NCBI GenBank assembly: GCA_030141605.1
Contig: JAQGDQ010000141.1
Location: forward strand, 310,001-374,000
Length of the DNA stretch: 64,000 nt
Reading direction: 5' to 3'
DNA from: Tubiluchus corallicola
Lineage: Eukaryota > Animalia > Priapulida
This document shows positions 25,301-37,880 of this stretch, piece by piece (position 1 is the first letter of the stretch; every line of letters starts with the position of its first letter). The notes beneath the pieces are model-generated. The model was given only the letters and a program-made list of their open reading frames with translations, made no database searches and was not told the origin of the DNA. The position numbers and the translations under genes are program-made.

Positions 25301-26215
25301 GATATTTGAAGTACGATAACATTCAGTGTGATAACCAAAATCTCGGCACATTATGTTTAAAATTAAAATTTCAACTTTACCGCCATGTTCACATACGTGT
25401 GAACTACATCACAACTGAACAACATTGAACTGAGAGGTACAGCACCTGCTTTTTGTGAAATGGGTTTTCGAGATGAAGGTGCTGGTGCCCATCTAACTAT
25501 GCCAAATTACATTTTATGGTAATAATTTTATCACATTTATAAGTCATTCCTGAAAAAATAGCATGTTCCCTTTCAGTATTTCACAGGATAGATTGTTTTG
25601 AGCTATAGCCTAAGATTTCATCTAGTTTTTGTAAAAGCTAATCAGGCACATGTCTATTGTACAAATTTTTTCACACAATACAGCCATCTAAAGTTATTTA
25701 TGCAGGGAGAATAAATATCAGTAAACTGGTACAACTTTCCTACAGAATGCAAACTGAGCTTCACGGCTATACACAACATGCCGTTGAAGATAAAAATTTA
25801 AATGCCAGATCAACAGACGCTAAGAACTGACAAGCACAACACACAGCTTCTAAACTTCATTTTGAAAATTTAAAACAAGAAGAACTTGAGTGTTTTTTAC
25901 ACGAAAATATATTGAAAAGCAATTGGGCTAACAACATCCTACTATGCAAGTTTTTCTACTAATGGGCTTTTGTGGTGCTACAACTTTTACTATAAATTTG
26001 GCAAAGTTTTGGCAATCAGTCACAGTACTGTAGTAATTGAAATTTTGTTAAACGGTTAAACTGTAAATCACATTAAATTTCAGCAAATAAAAAATACTTT
26101 AACACAGTATTAGTTAAGATTTCATAAATAAAGCAAGATAAGATACTCACATTTTCCGTCTATTTGAAGTTGTATTGTACGACAAACGTCGTCTGAATGT
26201 CAGCCGCTGCACCAT
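22375..26215 (-). CDS. RPL34: 60S ribosomal protein L34 (eL34)
   Basis: Exons 26215-26151, 24337-24244, 23261-23158 and 22459-22375 splice to [115 protein letters not shown]. Canonical GT-AG sites; AATAAA at 22303-22298; an acceptor (TTCTTTTCAG|AACATG) sits 3 nt before the ATG. Confidence 0.96.
25030..25640 (-). mobile_element. Copy of the 15088/47214 repeat family inside an RPL34 intron
   Basis: Reverse-complement similarity to 15088-15700; boundaries approximate. Confidence 0.6.
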
Positions 26216-26468
26216 GTTCTGAAAAGAATAACATAGTTGCAACTGAAAGTGAGAAAATTACTTTGTAAGATATTATATGTGTGTGCATTATTCTTAATAG
26301 TCTGGAGTGGTAAAAGCTAACAGTAATAAAACAAAAACGAATCGCATACACAGTTCGACTCCCTTCATCCTCGTAACGTTTATTTACAAATAAAAAAACA
26401 GTTAGACTCAACAGACTGAAATCAGAGCACTGTGACATCAGATCACTTTGATCAACCTCTGTCACAGC

Positions 26469-27171
26469 CAGGGCTGAGCGGATCAATTAATTTATTGCTA
26501 CGCAAAAAATTTGGTCCGCAGACTTGAAATCCACGTCGCTATTCATAGCGATCCACTACTGCGTTACTAAATTAAATTATATCCACGATTCGTCCCAATC
26601 CGCAATTCTGCTTACATGGCAATTTTTAATTCAAATCTGTATGATAATCTGCATTTCTACCTAACCTTGGTTTGAAAAAATAAAAATATTTAAAATGAGT
26701 GGAAATTGTACCCTGGTGTGCAGTGTGTCCAGGGGCTGATTTGATTTTCATTGATTAATTGCAACTGTAAGACAGGATATTAAAATGCTCGCTATCTGAA
26801 GTTATTGCATTATTTTAACATTAGTATTTTTAGTAGTCAAAAAAACATTTTACTACTGCTGCTGCTACTACTACTACAGTGCTATGTTCGTTTAATGATT
26901 ATTGAAGCTAATTATTTTTTTTTTCCTTGTCGTTCAACCTCGTAACTTGTGATGAGTAATAATTTGTCATTTTCTTCCATTGACATAGTTATCTATGGCG
27001 GATTAACAGTAATGAAAACCATAATCTCCAAATGTAAAAATCCAATCCGCCAATATTTTTGATCCCCATCTACTCCTCATTCTTCCTTATTTTCAATAGT
27101 AGATCCGCAATCCGATCTGATCCACAAAAAAGCTTGAGTATCTTACTTTCGATCCAGTCAACTCATCTCTG
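26469..27171 (+). mobile_element. hAT-type MITE
   Basis: Imperfect TIR CAGGGCTGAG / CTCATCTCTG; 8-bp TSD GTCACAGC (26461-26468) / GTCACAAC (27172-27179); ATCCGC subterminal repeats; homologous to 1-357. Confidence 0.7.
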
Positions 27172-29334
27172 GTCACAACACACCACAGTCCACTGCCACT
27201 GTAAAATATTGTCACCGACGAGAGCATTCCCATTGCTCAACCTTACTGCACAGAACCAATAGACAATGGATGCCCAGTACTACCACACAACCTTATACAT
27301 GGCTAAGTAGTTCTATGTGCACTAATGTAATACTAGCTCACTGTACAAAAAAATTACGAAGATACAAATTATGCCAGGCAAGCAAGCGTCAATAAGCAAC
27401 AAATCTTAAAAGTCGCGTTTGGTGGCAATACAGCAGCTTAAAGTTTTAGTGAGAGAACGCTTAGCACACCTAAGAGAATTTAGCAATATTAGTAGTTGCT
27501 TAGACTTTGCTGCAATATACTTTCACACAATTCTGCACCTAACTTTTACTGCATGCAGAAGCAAAGAGCAAATTAAAATGTCCAAAACATAATATTACCA
27601 AACTCTCAAGAACAGTAGTTTTATTTAGTAAAGAGAAGGGAAACTTGCTGACACAAACAAACTTTTAGTACAGAGTACACTACAAGATCCTTCCTACATA
27701 AGTCAAAATTTTCAGAACTTTCTAGCCTGAAAAATGAAACAAGTGCAAACCAATAATACTGGTAAGTCCCCTTTATAATGTCAACAACTTAACATTCATA
27801 TTTTTTCCAAAACAAAATGTCTGTACTTGCATATAGACATGTATACATTAACGCGCTTCATTATAATGCCAAAGTTTTTTGTCGTCCCATCTTAGATTCA
27901 GATTTTTTATTTTTTTCCCATAGGCAGTATAAAACGTTTGAATGTGTTGCAAAATAATAAAACCGAAGTGTGCCTACATCCTTTGACTGCATACCAATCT
28001 TCACGTTGTTGTAACATTTATTTTGAATCTTCACAACAGAATACAACTTTGGAAAAAAATTATTTAGATCTGACGCCAAAAACAATAGTGTGTAAAAAGA
28101 GATTTCCCAGGCGAATAAAAAAAGTGAACATAAGATTTTATAAAATGAACGAGAGCTGCTACACATTGAACTATTACCTGTATCGCATATACCAGAAAGC
28201 TGTGCATACTACAAGATAACGAGCCTAAATGAATATCACATGTAAAAAATACCTTCTGATTAAAATGAATTTCATCTAATTAACAGGAGAAATAATGGCA
28301 AATCTACGTAACTGCAAGACATATGTAGCTAATATGCAAGCAAAGCAACATTCTTCAAATTATACAAAATCCCCCTGATAGAATTAGAGGTGGCTGATTT
28401 GATAACTAACGTTATTCACCACCCCTTTCCATTTGTCTATTTTTTTAAATTATACTTATTTTTAATTGCATTATTATTGGGATGAAAAATAAATGATTTC
28501 ATTTTTTGATTAGAGAATGGCCAAAACAATGATAAAATCAGAGTATTACAAATTTATTGCATCAAAATATAAAATCAATTTATACAAAATGCAGTAAATA
28601 TAAAACAAATACAATGCAAATGCAATAGAAAATGGCAATTTACCAAAATTACACAATAAAGTTCAAGAACAAAAGCACCAAATATTCAAGAACAAAATAA
28701 ATTACAAAATAAGCAAGACGACTATTAGAGTTGCAGTATTAAACAGCTCAAGTCACCGAATTATTAAAATTTTCAACATTTCACTTAAACAAAACTGTTC
28801 AAAACAGTTTATGCAAATTACAAACATTTCACCTTTTTCCGTAAATTTAAAATAAAAATTACGATAAGATTACGTAATAATTGAGAAAAAGTGAAAATTT
28901 TTAAATCAAAATCAAACTCTATAAAAACTACTAAAACTGAAAGTTTGCGAAGACAAGTAATAAGCACATTAAATGTCACAAGATCAAGCATTTACATTGT
29001 AAATGAAACAAAAAAGTTAAATTTACCACTTGTTGAAAAAATGACAAAACACCTGCCACACATGTTATAAAAAGAACTTGAGCAGTCAAGTTGCATACCA
29101 TTGCACTTGTACCTTATGTATGAAGACACACAGCTTCTCTAAACCAGTACTGTTTAAAGAATGAGTGTAAAACAGTTACACGTGTATGAAAGATAAAAAA
29201 TGTGAAAGATGATGTTGAATATCTTCAAATTTATGCATATTTTGTTCGGCCTCTTAATGCTTCAGGCACATAAAATGAAAAACATTGATCGGCTAGTGCA
29301 TATTGTTAATTCAGATTATTATACTTCAAATTTA

Positions 29335-29752
29335 TATTTAGTTAGGCCTGTAAAACCTTATGCACAGTTAAAGCATAATACCATAACTGTAAAAGGGCCA
29401 ATCAAGATGCTTGTTACTTTCTTAGTAATTAGTAAATGCAGTAAACATGACTAATAACTGTCAGTACTAAAATTCTTACGCACACCAGTGTAAAGCATTT
29501 CTATACGCCTTTTTTGTTAAGTTCTAAGATAAAGATGTGATACAATAAATACCCATTTTCCTTCTGGCAAAGTCAACGAGACTACTACATATCGAGTCTG
29601 AATGAATGCGATCAATAATATTTAGTTAGGCCTGTAAAATCTTACGCACAGTTAAAGCATAATACTGTAATGGTAAAAAGGCCAGTCAAGATGCTCATTA
29701 CTTTCTTAGTAATTAGTAAATGCAGTAAACATGACTAATAACTGTCAGTACA
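29335..29752. repeat. Direct duplication of ~130 bp (about 29335-29468 and 29619-29752) in the putative CTPS 3' UTR
   Basis: ATTTAGTTAGGCCTGTAAAA...CACAGTTAAAGCATAATAC...TTACTTTCTTAGTAATTAGTAAATGCAGTAAACATGACTAATAACTGTCAGTAC occurs twice. Confidence 0.8.
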
Positions 29753-29967
29753 AATGTTTACATAAAAATACATATTACATAAGAATGATGTAAATGGAAA
29801 AAGTATAAAAATTGCATTGAATAAATAACGACATGCACTCTTCAATAATAAAACGAAGTTCAAGTGCATAGTTTGACAGCATTTTAAAAATTCAAAGCAG
29901 GAAGCCCCGCAATCAGTTAGCAAATAGCGAAGCTGTTTAAACACGAATCTCTTGATCAGTGAGAAAG

Positions 29968-31866
29968 CTAGGAAGCTCCACTATCGCCCAAATTATCCTG
30001 CTTAAGCTTTGGGATGTTTGGACAGGAAACAACATTCCTAAAAGAAACATTAGTGAAGCTCCTGCTGAGTGCTACAATTTCTTCATCACCGGAGCTCTCG
30101 TCCTCGCTATGGAGATCACTACGTGGAGATCCTCGGCAACCGGCATTGAGATAGGTCTGCAGTTTTCCTATTGATGCAAGAATAAGACCCAGATATGGCT
30201 GAGACGGTCGCATCGGACGAGAAGTATACTCCGGATGATATTGCACACATACGTAGTATGGATGATCATCAATCTCCGCAATCTCCATCCTTTCTCCATC
30301 GACATCATGACCGCAGAATCTCATGCCAGCATCTTCAAAGTGCTGGACAAGGCTTGGATTCACCTCATATCTGTGCCTATGCCTCTCTTCAATGTAGTCA
30401 GCATCACCATACAGCTTTCGAAGAACCGACTCAGTTGTTTTGAAGATTGTTCTCCTCCTGCCAAGTCTCATTGTGCCACCCATTTGCCCCGGATTGTGCT
30501 CAGGCATCTCAATCACGACTGGATGAGCAGTGAGAGGCTCAAATTCGGTTGAGTGAGCATCTTCCCATAGTAGTACATTCCTTGCAAATTCAATCACGGA
30601 ACACTGCAACCCCAAGCACACTCCTAGATATGGTTTTCTGTTTTCTCGTGCCCACTTTGCAGCAGCAATTTTGCCCTCTGCACCTCTAGCGCCAAATCCG
30701 CCAGGTACAATGATACCATTACTACCACATAGTTTTTGCCATGCTTCGTGAAACTTGACTGGATCGCTTCTCTTTGTGCTCTTTTCCAAGTCATCCGCCT
30801 CCACAAATTTTATTTCAAGTTTACGTTTACAAGCCAAAGATGCATGCCGTAAAGCTTTGACAACAGATGTATATGCATCTTCGAGTTGAGTATATTTCCC
30901 CACTAATGCAATGGTTACAGAATCATCTAGTTTTTCACATCTGTCGGCAAGTTCTTTCCATTTGTTGAGGAATTTCTTTGGCCTAGCACCAAAGACAAGA
31001 TTCAACCTGTCACGGAAATATTCAATCACACCCTGGTTTTGCAAAAATAATGGTACACGGTAAATGGAAGACAGATCGGGTACACAGATAACCTGGCTGC
31101 TAGGAACATGACAGAAATAACCAACTTTGTCTTTGACGCTTGGTTCTATAGGGGACGAACTTCGGCAGACTATCAAGTCCGGTGATAATCCAAGACCACG
31201 CAATTCCCGAATACTCGACTGTGTTGGCTTTGTTTTGTGCTCTCCAGTAGCCTTGGGTCGTGGTACCAAGCTAACATGAACTACACAAAAGTTTTCCTTT
31301 CTCACACGAAACTGAAACTGTCTGAAAGCTTCAACAAATGGCATGCCCTCAATATCTCCAATAGTTCCACCAAGCTCAATAATGCAAACCTCTGGCTCTT
31401 CATTTGAATTGTCAACTGGTATTCGAGCTACCCTTTCAACCCATTCTTGAATTGCATCTGTGATGTGTGGCACAACTTGAACAGTCTTTCCTAGGTAGTC
31501 ACCTCTTCTTTCTCTGTTGATAACATGCTGATATATTTTTCCAGTTGTAATATTATTATCTTTATGGAGAGTTATGTCAAGAAAACGCTCGTAGTTTCCA
31601 AGATCTAAATCAACCTCACCACCATCATCGAGAACATAAACCTCACCATGTTCATACGGAGAAAATGTACCAGCATCAATGTTAATGTATGGATCGATTT
31701 TTATAGAAGTAACACGAATACCACACGATTTTAATATGGTACCAATGCTACTGGCAATAACTCCTTTGCCTATTCCACTAATAACGCCTCCACTAACTAA
31801 AACATACTTTAACTGCGAATGCTGTGTACTGGGACCATTAGGCTCACATCTTGACACAGATGACAT
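29968..31866 (-). CDS. CTPS1: CTP synthase, single uninterrupted coding exon (first ATG at 31866; the ORF track starts at an upstream TTG)
   Basis: [53 protein letters not shown], and GATase motifs PGGFG, GVCLG (Cys) and QYHPE (His/Glu) are all intact; candidate AATAAA at 28558-28553. Confidence 0.96.
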   Translation of the reverse strand: MSSVSRCEPNGPSTQHSQLKYVLVSGGVISGIGKGVIASSIGTILKSCGIRVTSIKIDPYINIDAGTFSPYEHGEVYVLDDGGEVDLDLGNYERFLDITLHKDNNITTGKIYQHVINRERRGDYLGKTVQVVPHITDAIQEWVERVARIPVDNSNEEPEVCIIELGGTIGDIEGMPFVEAFRQFQFRVRKENFCVVHVSLVPRPKATGEHKTKPTQSSIRELRGLGLSPDLIVCRSSSPIEPSVKDKVGYFCHVPSSQVICVPDLSSIYRVPLFLQNQGVIEYFRDRLNLVFGARPKKFLNKWKELADRCEKLDDSVTIALVGKYTQLEDAYTSVVKALRHASLACKRKLEIKFVEADDLEKSTKRSDPVKFHEAWQKLCGSNGIIVPGGFGARGAEGKIAAAKWARENRKPYLGVCLGLQCSVIEFARNVLLWEDAHSTEFEPLTAHPVVIEMPEHNPGQMGGTMRLGRRRTIFKTTESVLRKLYGDADYIEERHRHRYEVNPSLVQHFEDAGMRFCGHDVDGERMEIAEIDDHPYYVCVQYHPEYTSRPMRPSQPYLGLILASIGKLQTYLNAGCRGSPRSDLHSEDESSGDEEIVALSRSFTNVSFRNVVSCPNIPKLKQDNLGDSGAS

Positions 31867-32104
31867 CTTTACTGCAAACCTTTTTACAAGCCCCAACAGC
31901 GCATGCGTCTTAACGAATTTCCTATTGTTAAATCGCTATTTTCCCGCACTTCTGAATTTATACATCAAAAAGCACAATTCACAAAAAATAATATCATTAT
32001 TATTAGAGCTAACAATGCTTGTCAATCAGAAATGTTCAGCGACAAAAAATGCCACATCAGTTATCTGATTAAAGCAGATTTAACTGGATAATAAAAAGAC
32101 TTAC

Positions 32105-32135
32105 AAAATTCCTTGCTTAACATAGGCGAAAAGAA
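32105..32135 (-). promoter_or_regulatory. TCT initiator / 5'TOP non-coding leader exon (about 32133-32105) with a GTAAGT donor
   Basis: Minus strand reads TT-C(+1)TTTTCGCCTATGTTAAGCAAGGAATTTT|GTAAGT. TTCTTTTC matches the YYC+1TTTYY TCT consensus of ribosomal-protein promoters. Confidence 0.65.
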
Positions 32136-32138
32136 TTT

Positions 32139-32152
32139 GCGCCCTCTGCTGG
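32139..32152 (-). promoter_or_regulatory. CTCF-like core motif
   Basis: CCAGCAGAGGGCGC on minus fits the CTCF core consensus CCASYAGRKGGCRS; it lies 6 bp upstream of the TCT +1. Confidence 0.5.
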
Positions 32153-32329
32153 TCAATATTCAAAATGAAAACTTAGCAATTATCTATGTCCTGTGATCAC
32201 AAACATTAGATAATTGACCGTTTTTTTATAATTGCAATTCACTATAATCTCAATCATTACAATCTGCAATAATCTCAATCATTATTGCAAATTTACTTAT
32301 TACTTATTTTATATAATGGCATTGTTGAC

Positions 32330-32993
32330 TAAGGGTGAGCATCGAGCATTCGAGTACGCTCAAATTAGCACAACTTTTCTGCAGTTTCTGTGCAAAATTT
32401 TTAACAAAATCTTTGTATGCATAATATGCATAATTTTTGTAAGAACACTTTTTACTACTGGTTCGAAAACTTGTTCGAAAGTCTTTTAAACTCAATTCGA
32501 ATTCAAAATACTGAAATTAGGGGTGAGCATTCTCTACCAGAAAGTGAATTCGAATCGAACCGAATTTGTGACTTTCGAATTTGAATCGAACCGAACTTCA
32601 GTGTTTCGAATTCGAATTGAGATCGAAAGATTTTCGAACAAGATTTCGAACCATCAGCAAAAATTAGTCTTACAAAGATCATGCATATCACTAGATTTTG
32701 TTCTGCAATAAAACGACTAGTAATTTCTTTAAAATTGTGTGCAGAAATCACAGCTAAATTATGCTAATTGCATGATGTTTCAATCGTTTTAGCGATAAAG
32801 AACATGTGTGATTGAAGTGCTGAATTATTAGAATCTATAGTTTTCGATTCGAATCGAGCTCGAACTAAAAAAAACTCGTTCGAATCGAACTCGAACGTTC
32901 GATGCTCACCCGTAACTGAAATTCGGTTCGATTCAAAAGTTGCAAACTCGATCCGATTCGAATTCCTTTTCTGGTAGAGAATGCTCACCCTTA
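32330..32993. mobile_element. hAT MITE containing a second copy of the same family (32518-32914) inserted in the opposite orientation
   Basis: Outer TIR TAAGGGTGAGCAT / ATGCTCACCCTTA with decayed TSD TTGTTGAC / TTGCTGAT; inner TAGGGGTGAGCAT / ATGCTCACCCGTA with exact 8-bp TSD ACTGAAAT (32510-32517, 32915-32922); TTCGAA subterminal repeats. Confidence 0.8.
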
Positions 32994-34399
32994 TTGCTGA
33001 TTTAACAAAAGTTAAAGTACAAAGTTTGCCAAGCATTTTATTAACTCTGCAATTCTTTACAACTGTAGAAAAATTAGAATCCTTTGTACTGGTGCATCCG
33101 TTGTGCATTCTCTAATAATGAAAGCTGTTCTTTTTACTCATTTCCTGGCACAATATTTCTTTATGCAGTTTACCTTACAATTATATTACAGTTTTATAGT
33201 GCTGTGACTTTTTGCACAATATAACTTGCCAAAACACTTGCACGGATAATTATACAGACATAATGCGTGGTGACCACTTTCACGTATTCAAAGGGTGCAG
33301 GTTATTAGTATAATAAAGTTAAACATCCATATACATGGGACATACATGTACAGGGTGGGGCGGAGAGAAAAGAAGTTTTTAAAAAAATTTCTCAAATTCA
33401 TTAATTTTACTTTAAAACACATTTTATTGACATCAATGTGTTCGTATTGAATTAGCATTTGACAAAATCAAGTGTGGAAAACAATATCCTCCATGTTTGT
33501 CTGTTTTCACTGATGCATTTCTGTATATGCCCGCGAATTATAACACGTTAAACATAAACTTGGTGAACTAGTGGTTTTGTCTCTCAATCACGTAACGATA
33601 TAGTTTGGTATGACTTGTTGACAGAGTCTCATGACATACATGTGCAGTGGTGTCAATTTTTTTTTTTTACAAATATCTGGACAACATGGAAATGTGGATT
33701 TGCCACAACATTGTACCAACATTTCCTGTCAATATTTTCCCATAATTGTCGCAATGTTGTGCGTGATAATATTGGTACAACATTGTACCAATATTTTTTT
33801 GAGAATATTTTTTCCATATTTTGGCAATCCATTTCAATATATTCGTAATATTTGCAAAAATATTGTCACATAATTGTGGCAAGATTTTTTTGTGCTGCTT
33901 TGGTGAACTCGGTGTGAAAGGTGGTCAGGCAGTTTGTATTTCTGCTGCTCTCTAAAAGTGAATAATTTATTTAAATTTCAAATAAGCAATTTCCTTTACT
34001 ATTTTTAATGTTTCGACAAAGTCCCTGTAACGTGTCATACTTCAATGTTGTTAGACCAAGTCTTTTAGCCTATCTTCAATTTGTAATTATAGTAAATCTG
34101 AAATTGCAGCAACCAGCTTGTATATTCTTCAACGATCTGGCCATGTTCAAGGATGTTTAATTTATGTCCTTTTTACAACAATAAGGAGAAAAAAGCCTGT
34201 ACCGAATTTTCCACATGTGGCAAAACATTATAATTATAAATTGCTTGTGCATTGTTTTAAAGCAATCCTAGCCTTAATAATCTTGCCGTTGCTGCCATGA
34301 CATTTTTGTTTCCTCGGTGTCCACTCTATCTGGTTAGATAGGCACAAATGAATGTCACCATGCAAGACACAAGTGACTAAGTCTCAATGCTAAGCAACC

Positions 34400-34745
34400 A
34401 TTTATGACCATTATTATTTTGGCTAAATTTCTAGCAGGACACCTCCTCTTTTTCTGGTTTCCATTGTTATTTGAACAAATCCACCAACTGCTTTTTACTT
34501 CAGCTGGTAGCAGATTTCTTATCACCGTACATTTGAATAGATGCTCTGTCGTATAATCTTCTTTACCACATAGTGGGCACCATAGATCTCCTTTAATCTT
34601 ACTTCTATAATTACATTTTAGTGGTGCATATTAAGCTTTATCTCTAAACACTTTTTGTCTGTTCTGAAGTTAACTCAGTTATATATACTGCTTGGGTTTA
34701 TCGTGCTCATAAGTGAAGAACCTTATCTTAGTCTTTGAGATTATC
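34400..34745 (-). mobile_element. Decayed non-LTR retrotransposon 3' end
   Basis: Minus translation gives CPLCGKEDYTTEHLFKC (CCHC-type C-terminal finger) with a KTKIRF motif upstream. Confidence 0.55.
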
Positions 34746-35289
34746 TGATGATGTGCAGTAACTTTAATAGATTTTCTTATGGTTTGTTTATGTTTTGGCT
34801 GCTGCAATGCGTTGTCACAATTTGCATAGTTTGATACCTGATGTAGTTTGCAAACAGAAATACTATAGGCAGAATAAAGTTTTATTAAAATAATTATTTT
34901 GCCATAATAACAATTTCTAATAAAGTAGAAAAGTGCACATAGTAAATTTCGTAAAAAATATATGTAACTAGCAGCAAAGTAGCATATTCTTTAACAAAAG
35001 TCTCCCTAGCTGTCTACACATACAAATTTTAAGAAAGTTATTCTAAAGTCCTTGATTAAATCCGTTTCACAGACGTAAAATAGACAGATATTTTCAAAGC
35101 GGTTTAGCGGTGCACTGGCTCTTCTTCACCTTTCCAAGAACAGCACAACCAATTAAGTGTGCAATAGCAGATTTTTTCTTCTGACGTCATTATGGTCATT
35201 CCTAGTTCTGCATTCGAGTGTCACCCTTCCCACTTATTACATTTTGTTGTAACAACTCTACATCTTTTCTCTTGATTTCATAATTTCTC

Positions 35290-36640
35290 TAAATGCTCTT
35301 ACTAATCGTTAAATGGTATCTATTTCTGTTGTTTTTATATATTCTCTATCCTTACGTTATACTTATTTATTAGTTTTTCTGATTTTTCACAACTTAATGC
35401 ATGTTCTGTTGTACCTTACTGAATCCTGCATTTAGGACGTAGTAAATCTTCCCAATTGTTCCTTTGTAATTGCATTTGAATTCTTTCATATTTAATTTAA
35501 TTTCCATTGTTTTTACTATATCTACAAGACCACATTCTCCGATATATCGCCGTTTCTCATATTTCTCACCATCAAGAAATCTTAATTTTGTCATTCTCTG
35601 TATTTTATTTTTTTTTATGTTCCTATAATATTTTTTGATTTATAGGTATTTTATTTCTTTTTTCCATGCTGATGTTTTTAATTTCTCCATTTTTTATTCG
35701 CAAAATCTTGCCTTTCTTTCCATATTTGTCTACGTTTTCACTTATTTCTGAATACCAACAATCTTTACATGCCTGTTTTCTTGCTGAATTAGTACTTGTC
35801 TTGCTAATCTGTTTACATCTGAGTATATCAATGAATAATAAACAATTGCCTTTTTATAGTCAACCCATTTTTGCATATGCCTAGGCCATGAACCTGTTTC
35901 TACAAATAGACCCCAGTACGGGTGTTATTTTTTGAATGAGAATTCGTCTTAACATCTCCTTTTGTATTTTTTCAAAGTCTCCCATTCATCTTTTTTAATA
36001 TTCTCCCATTCATCTTTTTTAATATTCGTCCATGTTTCACAATTGTTCAATACTGGCGGAATTATCATTGTTTCATGCATAAGTAATCTTACTGTATTAC
36101 CTACATGTTGCTCATTTCCAATTCTCATCGTTTCTCTTATCATGTACTTAGCCTTATCCATTCTTTTTTCGAATAATAATTTATAATTGCATTTTGCATT
36201 TAAGCAGTCACCTAAATATTTATACTGGTCTGTCCTCTGGATTATTCCATTTCTTGGTTCGCCTTCTATTTCTTCATTATCCTTTTTCTTAGTAAATTTA
36301 GTTTTCATATACTTAGTTTTCTTTAAGCTAAATGTTAACTTCTTTTTGTTTTCTAATACTTTAAAATTTTCTATCGCTTTCTTCATTGTTTGTTTAGACC
36401 CTACAGCTATCACTTCATCTTCATAATTTATAACATCATTTAAATAGTCAAATTAGGACTTATACATGCATTTGAGAAATTTCTATTATTTTTTACATCA
36501 TGCAGTGTAATTGAACATAATTTTTGTCCAATAGGAGTGCCTTGTCCAATATTTTGATGTTTTCTGCTAATCCGATTGGGGTTTCAGTTATTACATTTTG
36601 CTTCTTTATTCATGTTATACACCAGCAATGAGTATAAAAT
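35290..36640 (-). mobile_element. Decayed non-LTR retrotransposon RT/C-terminal fragment
   Basis: Fragments GQGTPIG, FSLKKTKYM, YKYLGD, NNCETW and TKLRFL in broken frames. Confidence 0.65.
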
Positions 36641-37880
36641 TAAATGCGGAATTAATACACAATGCCTTTCTTGCAGTACGCAACAATTTTAAGAATCGGA
36701 AACCAAAACACAAGGATGTACAATTCCACATCCTACAATTTTGAGCGGATTCATATTATTAAAAATACTATCAACCAGTTCACCCCTTTAATAAAATTTG
36801 ACTCAACCAGCCATATACTTGTATCATACTACGTGATTGGCTGTTCTCGCAAAGCTTTAACAGCACTGCTAATGAACGCGCAGGACACAAGCACAAAGCT
36901 GAAACCATTAGTAAGTCGTGTCACCTCCATTTCAGGACGAATGTGAGAAGTTAAATATGTGAGTGTCTTAATTTATTTGTACTAATTGATCTCCTATTAA
37001 AAATTGTAGTGTTTTTGTTACTGAATAGAGTAAGTGTCGTCTCTTAATCGTTAAAGAGGGTTTAGTAAGCGAACACGATTGCATGTAATACAGTCGCTTT
37101 TCAATACGTTAAAAATTGTAACTGTTGAGTGTTGCAGATTGTAGAATGCCAAAAAACGTTCCAGCAAAATATTTATTTTGCTTTATTGCAATTGTATTAT
37201 GTAGTAGCCACAGAGCAATATTTAAATAAAAAATAATAGATTAACGTACCATTATTTGGTTTCTTTTTACCTGTGGAATTGTATTTATGATAAAAGTATT
37301 AATTAATAAAATGCAAGAATAAAAAATTACAAAATGAAGTACCATCAAAGTTAAAACAGGGGAAATTTTCACAAAAGCATGGCCAACAAAAATTAATTTG
37401 AGATTACAACTCTGTAGTATGGTATTGTTATGAAAATTCATAAGCTTGTAATAATTTTAAATTGTAGTGTTGTAATACAAATTTTGTTATTACACAACAC
37501 AGCAAAATTAGCCTCATGCCAGTGGAAAACAATAGTAATTTTCAGGCAAATGCTGAAATAACAAATCTGTTGCCATGACATCACAATAACATAAAAACGT
37601 TGGGGTAAACTGTAAATTTGCTGATGACAACACAAAAGATTTGGGGAAACATTTCAATTTTTTAAGAAGTTGTTAACCAATGTCAAAAGTATATAAGAAA
37701 ATCAATAGTTCACATTTATCATATTTATACTATTAAATGTTAAAAGTAACATAGATTAAATTATACTTATTTTTTGCAGGTTATTCTACTAGACGCTGCT
37801 TATGTGGAAGTCTCAGCAAGCCTTGTCTCACAGCATGTAAGATCATCCTTGTCGACAGCTGTAAACAATTAGAGACATAC

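Noticed and set aside
29935-29970. Stop-codon readthrough of CTPS (TAG-C)
   Set aside because: Only about 10 codons to the next stop, with no strong readthrough motif or structure.
29968-31896. Horizontally acquired bacterial pyrG (because it is intronless)
   Set aside because: The sequence is animal CTPS-like ([21 protein letters not shown], Ser-rich C-terminal tail), not bacterial-like.
29959-32068. Plus-strand ORFs antisense to CTPS (likewise those antisense to the FGD gene)
   Set aside because: Shadow ORFs of real coding sequence with no recognisable motifs.
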